From Candidatus Hydrogenedentota bacterium (GTDB lineage Bacteria > Hydrogenedentota > Hydrogenedentia > Hydrogenedentales > SLHB01): a stretch of 63,239 bases of DNA. The first letter of the stretch is position 1, and each line of letters opens with the position of its first letter. Below the pieces are notes generated by a model that was not told where the DNA came from, made no database searches, and saw nothing but the letters and a program-made list of their open reading frames with translations. The stretch spans positions 1 to 63,239 of the forward strand of contig BTWA01000036.1 in NCBI GenBank assembly GCA_045863295.1. Direction: 5' to 3'. Positions 55,330-63,239 of this stretch are shown here, in pieces. The position numbers and the translations under genes are program-made.

Positions 55330-56733
55330 ATGAAACCATTTTCTCAAACTACGCGACGTAATTTTCTGCATACCATCGGCGGCGGATTCGCAGGCATGGC
55401 ATTGGCACAAATGCTGGGCAGCGAGGCAATCGCGGGGATGTTGCCACACTACACACCTCGCGTAACACGCGTCATTCAGTTATTCATGACCGGCGGCGCC
55501 AGCCCCATGGATCTGTTCGACTACAAACCCGAATTGGATCGATTGCACGGTCAAATGCTCGGCCCCTCCGAAAAACCCGAGGGGTTTACAGCACCTGCGG
55601 GCGCGATCATGAAGACGCCTTTCGAGTTCAAACAACATGGCCAAAGTGGGCGCTGGGTTAGCAACCTGTTTCCTGAACAGGCCAAGCTTGTAGATGAAAT
55701 GGCCTTTCTCATGGCCATGACCACTAAAACCAATGTGCACGGTCCGGGCACCTACATGATGAATTCCGGGTTTCTTCTCCCTGGCTTTCCCTGTATGGGC
55801 GCGTGGATTTCGTACGCACTAGGCAATCTCACCGACAATCTGCCGACCTTTGTTGTGTTGCCCGATGCCAAAGGCCTTCCGTACAACCAGCGCGGGTGTT
55901 TCTCGTCCGGTTTTCTGCCGGCGGTCCATCAGGGGACGACCATCAATGCAGCCGCACCCAATCCCGTGCCCGACCTTTTTCCTTCGGAGAAATTTGATTT
56001 TGCCAACCCTGACGCCAGTGGTGAAGGTCTGAATTTGTTGGAAAAGATGAACCGCGAACATGCGGCATCGCACCCCGGCGATTCGCGTCTGGAAGCCCGC
56101 ATTGCAAGTTACGAGTTGGCCGCAAAAATGCAACTGGCAGCACCGGAAGCATTTGATGTTATGCGCGAGCCCGAGTGGCTGAGGAACCTGTATGGCCTCG
56201 ACAATCCCGTTACCGAGGATTTCGGCCGGCGTTGCCTGCTGGCCACCCGGCTTGTCGAGCGCGGTGTGCGCTTCGTGCAGGTGTGGAGCGGCCCACAGGG
56301 CGCGACAGGGAACTGGGACAACCATGCAAGCATCGTGAACGAGCTGCCCCCCATGGCGGCCAGCGTGGATAAACCCATCGCCGCATTGCTGCGCGATTTG
56401 AAATCCCGCGGACTGGATCAGGAAACGCTCGTTATCTGGACAACGGAATTCGGCCGAACCCCATTTGCTCAAGCGGGAACCGGTCGCGACCACAACGGCG
56501 GCAGCTTCGTGACATGGCTATGGGGCGCGGGCGTCAAGGCCGGCACGGCCTACGGACAAAGTGACGACTGGGGGTATCAAGCGGAGGACGGAAAGACCTA
56601 CTGCTATGACCTCCATGCCACGGTGTTGCATCTCCTGGGCATCGATCACGAAAAACTGACGGTTCGCCACAACGGAATTGACCGGCGGCTAACCGACGTT
56701 CACGGTCATGTCGTGCACGACATCCTTGCCTAA
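55330..56733 (+). CDS. DUF1501 family protein, Tat signal
   Basis: 'TRRNFL'; 'GGASPMDLFDYKP', 'WDNH', 'TEFGRTP', 'GRDHN', 'RRLTDVHG'; 3 nt after the PSD1 stop. Confidence 0.93.
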   Translation: MKPFSQTTRRNFLHTIGGGFAGMALAQMLGSEAIAGMLPHYTPRVTRVIQLFMTGGASPMDLFDYKPELDRLHGQMLGPSEKPEGFTAPAGAIMKTPFEFKQHGQSGRWVSNLFPEQAKLVDEMAFLMAMTTKTNVHGPGTYMMNSGFLLPGFPCMGAWISYALGNLTDNLPTFVVLPDAKGLPYNQRGCFSSGFLPAVHQGTTINAAAPNPVPDLFPSEKFDFANPDASGEGLNLLEKMNREHAASHPGDSRLEARIASYELAAKMQLAAPEAFDVMREPEWLRNLYGLDNPVTEDFGRRCLLATRLVERGVRFVQVWSGPQGATGNWDNHASIVNELPPMAASVDKPIAALLRDLKSRGLDQETLVIWTTEFGRTPFAQAGTGRDHNGGSFVTWLWGAGVKAGTAYGQSDDWGYQAEDGKTYCYDLHATVLHLLGIDHEKLTVRHNGIDRRLTDVHGHVVHDILA

Positions 56734-56736
56734 CCC

Positions 56737-56777
56737 GCATTTTGCACCACACATGATTTAGGCGTGGTGCAAAATGC
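56737..56777. repeat. 14-bp perfect inverted repeat right after the DUF1501 stop (terminator or mRNA-stabilising hairpin)
   Basis: GCATTTTGCACCAC - 13 nt - GTGGTGCAAAATGC. Confidence 0.7.
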
Positions 56778-57087
56778 TCACACAGAATTCCTTACGCTTG
56801 AAATGCTGAGGATATTTCACGTGCACACTGTAAGTGCGCCAGTTTTGGCAACAGGCCGGTTGAATAGTTGTTACACAATTGATTGGACAAAGTCGTGAAA
56901 TAACCGGGCTAATCTGCACCCACGGTTGACCCTTCCTAACATTCAACACTGAAGGAAACACCTCACAAGCGCGGTAGCTGCAACCCGCGGAGTCCGGTTT
57001 GTGTCGCGGCGGGGTTCAAAGTAGAGTATGCTGGTTTTGGCTGGGCGAGCTGTAAGGTGTTTATTTCATTCCGGGAGCATTTCTTTC

Positions 57088-57660
57088 GTGCGGAGAACTA
57101 TTTTTGACACCCCCATTGTCAGCGGCGTATTGCGGACGGCTTCGATTATTTCGTTGCGTGTCTTGGGTTGGCGGTCGGAGGGGCAGCCGCCTGATATTCC
57201 GAAGTACGTGGCCATTTTCGTGCCCCACACGAGCAACTGGGACTTCATCCTGGTCATGATGTTCGCCCTGATGTTTCGGTTAAAGCTGCTCTGGCTGGGA
57301 AAATCCTCTCTCTTCTGGGGACCTTTTGGTCCCATGTTCACTTGGCTTGGCGGATTGCCGGTGGACCGGAGCAGGTCGGGCAACATTGTCTCTCAGGCCA
57401 TTCAATACTTCGAAGGAACTGACCGGCTCGCGATTGGCATTGCCCCCGAGGGGACCCGCAAGAAAGTGGAACAGTGGAAGATGGGATTTTACTACATCGC
57501 GTCGGGCGCGCGTGTTCCCATCGTAACCACATTTCTGGACTATCACCGCAAAATAGGCGGCTTCGGACCCGTCATCATGCCCACGGGAAGCATGGAAGCC
57601 GACACAAATGGACTTCGCGCGTTTTATACCGGCATTGCCGGCAAGCATGGTGCGGCGTAA
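57088..57660 (+). CDS. Lysophospholipid/glycerol acyltransferase (PlsC-like)
   Basis: 'PHTSNWDF' (HxxxxD), 'GGLPVDRS', 'IAPEGTR', 'WKMGFY'; GTG start with GGGAG RBS. Confidence 0.88.
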   Translation: MRRTIFDTPIVSGVLRTASIISLRVLGWRSEGQPPDIPKYVAIFVPHTSNWDFILVMMFALMFRLKLLWLGKSSLFWGPFGPMFTWLGGLPVDRSRSGNIVSQAIQYFEGTDRLAIGIAPEGTRKKVEQWKMGFYYIASGARVPIVTTFLDYHRKIGGFGPVIMPTGSMEADTNGLRAFYTGIAGKHGAA

Positions 57661-57684
57661 TCGAATGCAGGGAGAGCACCGCGG

Positions 57685-58632
57685 ATGAAACCAATGTACT
57701 TGTTCGTGTGCTGTGCAATGCTATGTGCCGGCGTGCGTGCGAACGCCGAACACACCGTGCTGGCCGCGGGAAACGGCAAGCTGGTCGAGGTCGCGCCGAA
57801 TGGCTCGATCGACTGGGAGATGCCTTGGCCAGGCGGACTGCATGATTTACATGTGCTTGAAAACGGAAATATTCTAACGGTTCGAAACGCAAAAGAGGTC
57901 GTTGAGATCGAAAAAGCCTCCAAGTCCGTGGTGTGGTCGTATAACGCCGCGGAAAGCAATGGCAACTCCGGAAAAGCCATGGAAATCCACGCGATCCAAC
58001 CGTTGCCCGGCGGACAGATCATGATCGCCGAATCCGGTCCAGGCCGAATTATCGAAATCGATCGCGAAGGAACACTACTCAAGAATACGGCACTGAAAGT
58101 CAGCAAGCCGGATGCGCATCGAGACACACGCCTTGCGCGAAAGCTGGCAAACGGAAACTACCTTGTCTGCCATGAAGGCGACGGCATCGTGCGCGAATAC
58201 TCGGGGGATGATGATAGTGTTGTCTGGGAATTTCCAGTTCCGTTGTTCGGCAAGGAACCCAAGCCTGGACACGGCCCGGAAGCCTTTGGCAATCAGGTTT
58301 TCTCGGCATTGAGACTGAATAACGGGAATACGCTGATTGGCACGGGCAACGGCCACTCCATTCTGGAGGTTGCAGAGGATAAGACGATCGTATGGGAATT
58401 ACACCAGAACGATCTACCCGGCATTACGTTCGCCTGGATTACAACACTCGAAGTACTGCCCAATGGCCATATCGTCATCGGCAACTGCCACGCGGGCCCC
58501 GGCCAGCCGCAGATTGTGGAGATTGAACCCAAGACCCAAAAAGTCATGTGGACCTTCGATCTATTTGAATTGCTCGGCAATGACCTGACGAATTCCACAT
58601 TGCTCGATTACGCGCGGAAGTCGATTCGCTAG
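57685..58632 (+). CDS. Secreted beta-propeller repeat protein
   Basis: Signal peptide; repeated blades 'LENGNILT', 'LPGGQIMI', 'LANGNYLV', 'LNNGNTLI', 'LPNGHIVI', most followed by a 'VVW'-type strand. Confidence 0.75.
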   Translation: MKPMYLFVCCAMLCAGVRANAEHTVLAAGNGKLVEVAPNGSIDWEMPWPGGLHDLHVLENGNILTVRNAKEVVEIEKASKSVVWSYNAAESNGNSGKAMEIHAIQPLPGGQIMIAESGPGRIIEIDREGTLLKNTALKVSKPDAHRDTRLARKLANGNYLVCHEGDGIVREYSGDDDSVVWEFPVPLFGKEPKPGHGPEAFGNQVFSALRLNNGNTLIGTGNGHSILEVAEDKTIVWELHQNDLPGITFAWITTLEVLPNGHIVIGNCHAGPGQPQIVEIEPKTQKVMWTFDLFELLGNDLTNSTLLDYARKSIR

Positions 58633-59501
58633 GCTCCCGGTTCGGACAGCGTTGCCCGAAATGCCTTCAATTCTTCGAGCCGCGCCTTGTCGACCTTGGG
58701 AAACTCCATGGGAAGCTCCCGAAGCGTTTGGCGAACGATTTCCGAGACAATCAGGCGCGCGTTTTTCTTGTCGTCCGCCGGCACAACATACCAAGGCGCA
58801 TTCTTTGTGCTTGTCGCGCTCAGACACTTTTCATAGGCCCGCATGTACTCGTCCCAATGCTTTCGCTCTTCCACGTCCCCGGCGTTGAACTTCCAGTTCT
58901 TCTCGGGTTCATCAATGCGCGCCAGGAACCGCTCGCGCTGTTCGTCTTTCGAAACATGTAAAAAGAACTTTGCTACGCGTGTTCCGCTGCGAAATAGGTG
59001 GTTCTCCATGTCCACGATAGAGGCATACCGGCCCTTCCAAAGGGCCTTCATATCGGAATGCTCCTGAGGTAAATTCTGAGCGCTCAGAAACTCGGGATGT
59101 ACGCGAACGACAAGCACTTCTTCGTAGTAGGATCGATTGAATATGCCGATGCGCCCCCGTTCGGGCAGGCACTTGTAACACCGCCACAAGAAATCGTGAT
59201 CAAGTTCTTCGGCACTGGGTTGCTTGAACGAGAATACCTGACACCCCTGTGGATTCACTCCGGACATTACGTGCTGGATGGCGCCGTCCTTGCCCGCCGC
59301 ATCCATCGCCTGGAAAATGAGCAAAAGAGAATAGCAATTGGAGGCATAGAGCAACTCCTGCAATTCGCTTAATTCCCGGACATGTGCCTTGAGCTGATCC
59401 TCGTAGTCGTCCTTGGAAGAATACAAATCACCAATTTTCGTGGGGCGCTTTCGTAGAGAAACCTTCTCACCCTCGCGCACGCGAAACGCCTTTGTCTTCA
59501 T
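58629..59501 (-). CDS. ppk2: Polyphosphate kinase 2 family (class III-like polyphosphate:nucleotide phosphotransferase)
   Basis: '[11 protein letters not shown]', 'GVNPQG', '[16 protein letters not shown]', '[15 protein letters not shown]', 'KNWKF', '[11 protein letters not shown]'; true start inside the 736-aa ORF. Confidence 0.92.
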   Translation of the reverse strand: MKTKAFRVREGEKVSLRKRPTKIGDLYSSKDDYEDQLKAHVRELSELQELLYASNCYSLLLIFQAMDAAGKDGAIQHVMSGVNPQGCQVFSFKQPSAEELDHDFLWRCYKCLPERGRIGIFNRSYYEEVLVVRVHPEFLSAQNLPQEHSDMKALWKGRYASIVDMENHLFRSGTRVAKFFLHVSKDEQRERFLARIDEPEKNWKFNAGDVEERKHWDEYMRAYEKCLSATSTKNAPWYVVPADDKKNARLIVSEIVRQTLRELPMEFPKVDKARLEELKAFRATLSEPGA

Positions 59502-59684
59502 GTCGCCCCCCAAGGGTTTTGCTTTGTGTCCAGCCATAAACCTAACGGACTCGGGTCCCCGTTTCAATCGCTCACACATCTCGACCGGTGCGAAGACCCG
59601 AATGACGCTGATTGCCAGCTTGTCGCGCCGTATGGCATTCTCTCCACAGAGCCAGACAACCGACACCGTAGGAGATCCGCCCTC

Positions 59685-61055
59685 ATGAGCAAGCACGTCC
59701 TTTCCCGCCGAGCGTTTCTTGCCGCTACCACGACCACTGTGGCCGGGGCGGGCTGCGCCACCCGCGTCAACACCGCCAAGGTCGTGCCCGGAAAAATCTC
59801 TCCGAACGAGAAACTCAACATAGCGGGCATCGGTATCGGCGGCATGGGAAGGAACAACATCGCCGCGTGCAAGGAAGAGAATATCGTGGCGCTGTGCGAT
59901 GTCGACCAAGTGCGCGCGGAACCCATCTATGCCTTGTATCCCGGCGCAAAACAGTACGTGGACTATCGCAAAATGTTCGATGCGGAAGACAAGAACATCG
60001 ACGCGGTCATCATTGCGACGCCGGATCACACCCACGCGGTCATCGCCATGACCTCCATTCGGCTCGGCAAGCACATCTTTTGCCAAAAGCCCCTCGCTCA
60101 CTCGATCCACGAAGTACGCACCATCACCGAAGCGGCGCGGGAAGCGGGCATACAAACCCAAATGGGAAACCAGGGCCACTCCTCCAACCAAATCCGCGAA
60201 CTGTGCGAATGGATTGAGGACGGCGTCGTCGGCGATGTACACGAAGTCTTCGCATGGAGCGACCGGCCCGTTGGCGGCGATCCGTGGTCGGATTTCCCCA
60301 TCATGGCTCGCCCAACAGACACGCCACCCGTGCCCGAAACATTGGACTGGGATCTCTGGCTGGGGCCCGCGCCGTACCGGCCGTACCACCCCATCTACGC
60401 ACCGCTTACCTGGCGCGGCTTTTACGACTTCGGCACAGGCGCCCTCGGCGACATGGGATGCCACATCATTGACCCGTCCTTCTGGGCGTTGAAACTCGGC
60501 GCGCCCGAATGCGTCGAGGCCACCAGCACCCACTGGGAAGAAGATGTGGCTGCAGAAACGTATCCCCGCGCCTGCATCGTGCGCTACCAGTTCCCCGCGC
60601 GCGGAAAAATGCCGCCGGTAAAACTCACGTGGTTCGACGGCCGCCTGCTGCCGCCTTTCCCCCGCGACTTCGCCCCCGGCGAAAAGTTTGAGGGCAACGG
60701 GGCGCTGCTCGTGGGCGAAAAGGGATCCATCATTCACAAATCCCACGGTGCTGGCGGACTGCGGCTGTTGCCCGAGTCCTTGAACAAAGAATACAAACGG
60801 CCTGCCGAACGCATTCCCCGCGTGGCCAACAGCAACCATGAACAGGACTGGGTACGCGCCTGCAAAGACGGCAGCCCCGCCAGCGCAAACTTCGAATACG
60901 GCGGCGCGCTCACCGAAATGGTGCTGCTGGGCGTACTGGCCATTCGTAAGAAAGACCGCAAACTCCAGTGGGACAGCGCCAACCTCAAAGTCACCAACGA
61001 CGACGACGCCAACACCCTGATCAACCCGCCCTACCGGGAAGGGTGGGAGTTATAG
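59685..61055 (+). CDS. Gfo/Idh/MocA family oxidoreductase with Tat signal
   Basis: 'SRRAFL'; '[17 protein letters not shown]', 'IATPDHTH', 'CQKPL', 'QMGNQGHS', 'WDLWLGPAP', '[11 protein letters not shown]', typical end 'YREGWEL'. Confidence 0.93.
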   Translation: MSKHVLSRRAFLAATTTTVAGAGCATRVNTAKVVPGKISPNEKLNIAGIGIGGMGRNNIAACKEENIVALCDVDQVRAEPIYALYPGAKQYVDYRKMFDAEDKNIDAVIIATPDHTHAVIAMTSIRLGKHIFCQKPLAHSIHEVRTITEAAREAGIQTQMGNQGHSSNQIRELCEWIEDGVVGDVHEVFAWSDRPVGGDPWSDFPIMARPTDTPPVPETLDWDLWLGPAPYRPYHPIYAPLTWRGFYDFGTGALGDMGCHIIDPSFWALKLGAPECVEATSTHWEEDVAAETYPRACIVRYQFPARGKMPPVKLTWFDGRLLPPFPRDFAPGEKFEGNGALLVGEKGSIIHKSHGAGGLRLLPESLNKEYKRPAERIPRVANSNHEQDWVRACKDGSPASANFEYGGALTEMVLLGVLAIRKKDRKLQWDSANLKVTNDDDANTLINPPYREGWEL

Positions 61056-61211
61056 GCTAGAATCAGACCACTTGTCATCAGCGGCGTGAACTCTAAGAAC
61101 GGCTACACTGTGTCAATCGACAGCAAGGAGTATTTCGCGCTTTCGGTGGATGCGGTGCAGCCCGGGACCGGCAACTTGCAGCTTGTTGTGACAAAGATCG
61201 GCTTAAACTGA
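61056..61211 (+). pseudogene. Possible startless 3' fragment of a gene (51 codons)
   Basis: Open frame ARIRPLVISGVNSKNGYTVSIDSKEYFALSVDAVQPGTGNLQLVVTKIGLN* with a protein-like beta-strand pattern and no ATG. Confidence 0.35.
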
Positions 61212-61254
61212 GGCTGACGGCCATTTGGATACCGCAGACGCGCGACGGAGCATT

Positions 61255-61491
61255 TCACGCGTCGTCTTCGGCGCTTCGAACGTCGTACAATGTGATTGGG
61301 TGGGCATCATTTGGAATCTTGAATACCGGAAAGCCGGTAGTTTCAATTTTCTCCAACGTTGCTGGCTCTCGCAGGCCTCGTCTCACCAAGTCCGATAGTA
61401 CCGTGCCTAGCGATACAGACTTGTCGCGGGCCATGGTTCTTGCCGCAACCAAGATGTCGTTGTCCAAGGTCACCGTTATTCGAGTTCTCAT
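61255..61491 (-). CDS. VapB/CopG-like ribbon-helix-helix antitoxin (orphan)
   Basis: 'RITVTLDNDILVAARTMA....SLGTVLSDLVRRGL....GFPVF....ITLYDVR..EDD' matches VapB-type antitoxins; GGAG RBS. Confidence 0.75.
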   Translation of the reverse strand: MRTRITVTLDNDILVAARTMARDKSVSLGTVLSDLVRRGLREPATLEKIETTGFPVFKIPNDAHPITLYDVRSAEDDA

Positions 61492-61561
61492 GGGTGCAAT
61501 TCTCCCATGCACTGGGATTTGCGTCAGGTGAATTCACCACAATTCAATACACGGCATGCAA

Positions 61562-63238
61562 TCACACAGGGCAATATTTCAAAATATTGGCAAACTCCTG
61601 AATCATTTTGTTGTTGAGTGCCCATTCTTTTACAGCTACCCGGACTGCATGCTGCCCAAGGTGCGTCCCCATGTTGGATGCGTCCCGAATGAACAGGTTT
61701 TTCCGGTCGCAATTCGAGACGAATGAAGCAGCGTCCAGTCCATCTTCCGGCAGATGCGCCAACAGAAAATTGGCGATGCCGGGGATCACGTCCATTCCCA
61801 ATTCCCGCAGCCCCTTCGCCATTGAATCCCGGAGCCGGTGCGTCTCCGCATAGCGCGCCGCGTAGTATTCGGGATCTTTCAGGGCTTCGACCGCCGCGAT
61901 CTGCGCGGGAAGCCCCATGGCCCACGGCGGCGACAAGGGGCGTAATGCATCCATGATGTGCGGCGCCGCGCACAGGTAGGCCGCGCGTACCCCGCTTAAC
62001 GCATATACCTTCGACATCGATTTGCATACGACGACGTTCTCATTGCGGGCCGCGAACGGTTCTATGGATTGCCCTTGTCCCGCGTACTCGATGTACGTTT
62101 CATCCACCCAAACGCGGGTGCGCGGATGCGCGTGTCGTAGCGCCTCTTCCAGCTCTGTGCGGTCAATGAGTATTCCGGTTGGGCTGTTGGGGTTGACCAG
62201 AATTACCATGTCGTACTGTCCGCCGGCCAACGCCTGAGTGAGTATGGCCATGCCCACCTTGTACCCTTCCGCACGGCTCAGAACCAGGCGGTCCACACGG
62301 CAACGAATGACCTTTTCCAACACGTGCGCGTATTCGCCGTACATAGGGTCGAGAATCAGCACGCGCGAAGCCGGATTCAACCATTCGCGCAGCGCGAGGA
62401 AGATGAGATCGGACGATCCGCCGCCGGGCAGGATGTTGGCCGGTTCCACGCCGCGCACCCGCGCGATGGTGCGCATCACGCCGTCGCAGCATGTTGGCGG
62501 CGACGTACGCACGATCCAGGGCAAATGATCGCGAAGGGCCTCCAACACGCGCGGGGACGGCGGAAACCACGCATCGAGCACATCGGCGTTGATGACGCCA
62601 TCTCTCTTGTGCATCGTGTCAAACTCGTCGCCGATAGCTTCAAAGAACCGTCCGCCGTGATAGCAGGCCGCGGGTCTAAGAAACGGAATGCCCAGTTTCC
62701 AGTCGCAACCTCGCGCCAGCTTGGACAACAGCCGCGCATAGCGCTCGGAGGAACTGTTCATTTCTTCGGCGTCGGCCGTTAGCAATTCGTAATGTACGGC
62801 GCCGGATTGCACTTGCTTTCCAAGTGGACGCAGGCCAATTTTCAAATACAGATCGAGGACCTCCAATCGGCCAATCGCCACCACCCTCGTGCCTCCGTGC
62901 GACTCGATCCATCGAAATGCGGCATACATCAACAAACTGGCGATAGACGTGCCCCGCACCGGTTTCACTACCGTGAGCAACCGGATTTCGTACGTTGCCT
63001 CATCAAGGGCAAACGGCAGTTCGCCGCGTGAAACGTATTTGTCGATGGAAAAGTGGCCACCCTGAGGCGGCGTCACGCTGATAAAGCCCACGATGTCGCC
63101 GCCCAGCTTGGCTGTGATGAACACGTTGAACGCATCCAGACTGTCGGTCAGCCGGCACTGCCTGTTAACCGGATGCTGTCCCAACTCGACAGCATACACG
63201 TCGTGTCGAAGGGCATAGATCTGGTCCCGGTCGGCCGG
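61562..63238 (-). CDS. GNAT N-acyltransferase fused to a HisC/CobD-like class I/II PLP enzyme (5' end beyond the window)
   Basis: Frame open to the window edge: 'DRDQIYALRHDVYAVELGQH', 'YEIRLLTV..VRGT', 'LYLKIGL'; then 'HGG', 'NPNSPTG', 'WVDETYIEY', 'KSMSKVYALSGVR'. Confidence 0.85.
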   Translation of the reverse strand, partial: PADRDQIYALRHDVYAVELGQHPVNRQCRLTDSLDAFNVFITAKLGGDIVGFISVTPPQGGHFSIDKYVSRGELPFALDEATYEIRLLTVVKPVRGTSIASLLMYAAFRWIESHGGTRVVAIGRLEVLDLYLKIGLRPLGKQVQSGAVHYELLTADAEEMNSSSERYARLLSKLARGCDWKLGIPFLRPAACYHGGRFFEAIGDEFDTMHKRDGVINADVLDAWFPPSPRVLEALRDHLPWIVRTSPPTCCDGVMRTIARVRGVEPANILPGGGSSDLIFLALREWLNPASRVLILDPMYGEYAHVLEKVIRCRVDRLVLSRAEGYKVGMAILTQALAGGQYDMVILVNPNSPTGILIDRTELEEALRHAHPRTRVWVDETYIEYAGQGQSIEPFAARNENVVVCKSMSKVYALSGVRAAYLCAAPHIMDALRPLSPPWAMGLPAQIAAVEALKDPEYYAARYAETHRLRDSMAKGLRELGMDVIPGIANFLLAHLPEDGLDAASFVSNCDRKNLFIRDASNMGTHLGQHAVRVAVKEWALNNKMIQEFANILKYCPV

Positions 63239-63239
63239 G

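Noticed and set aside
58629..60839. 736-aa minus-strand ORF suggesting a long N-terminal extension of PPK2
   Set aside because: The first ~446 codons are the antisense shadow of the GC3-rich Gfo/Idh/MocA gene and the spacer; PPK2 homology begins at MKTKAF (59501), which has its own RBS
1..63239. Numerous 60-300-aa alternative-frame ORFs; search for rRNA, tRNA, CRISPR, IS, integrase and phage genes
   Set aside because: The alternative ORFs are shadows of well-supported genes; no repeat-spacer array, cloverleaf, rRNA-like or transposase/integrase motif was recognised
59640..63239. Apparently higher GC3 in the last genes as a sign of horizontal transfer
   Set aside because: Visual impression only, not computed; there are no mobility genes or att sites, and it could reflect codon bias

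Overview
A gene-dense bacterial chromosomal window with about 44 supportable CDSs. I see no rRNA, tRNA, CRISPR array, transposase or phage genes. The gene content (three PSD1/planctomycete-cytochrome-c + DUF1501 pairs, two DUF1080 proteins, Tat-exported Gfo/Idh/MocA oxidoreductases, PadR regulators, TolC/RND efflux) suggests a diderm PVC-like or Hydrogenedentota-like carbohydrate degrader; this taxonomy is inference only. Main blocks: (i) PSD1-DUF1501, a Tat-signal D-threonine-aldolase-family enzyme, a PadR/HAAS pair, and a PQQ dehydrogenase coupled to a 763-aa unknown; (ii) a PadR-adjacent RND efflux operon; (iii) a ~14-kb co-oriented minus-strand run joining a DeoR-associated sugar catabolic cluster (class III aminotransferase, oxidoreductase, FGGY kinase, AraA/FucI-like isomerase, Na+/solute symporter, amidohydrolase) to an AlgI/AlgJ-type O-acylation cassette with no polysaccharide synthase in the window; (iv) pyc-birA, an Nramp-fold transporter, SDR and Zn dehydrogenases; (v) tandem PSD1-DUF1501-DUF1080-PSD1-DUF1501; (vi) ppk2, a Tat oxidoreductase, an orphan antitoxin and a GNAT/PLP-enzyme fusion cut off by the window end. 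Best leads: a candidate cis-regulatory RNA switch with three competing helices and a terminator (41561-41710), the putative amino-sugar catabolic pathway, the modular PSD1/DUF1501 system, and the GNAT-PLP fusion. All family calls come from motif recognition by eye, not database searches. Several start codons were re-chosen from RBS and signal-peptide evidence.
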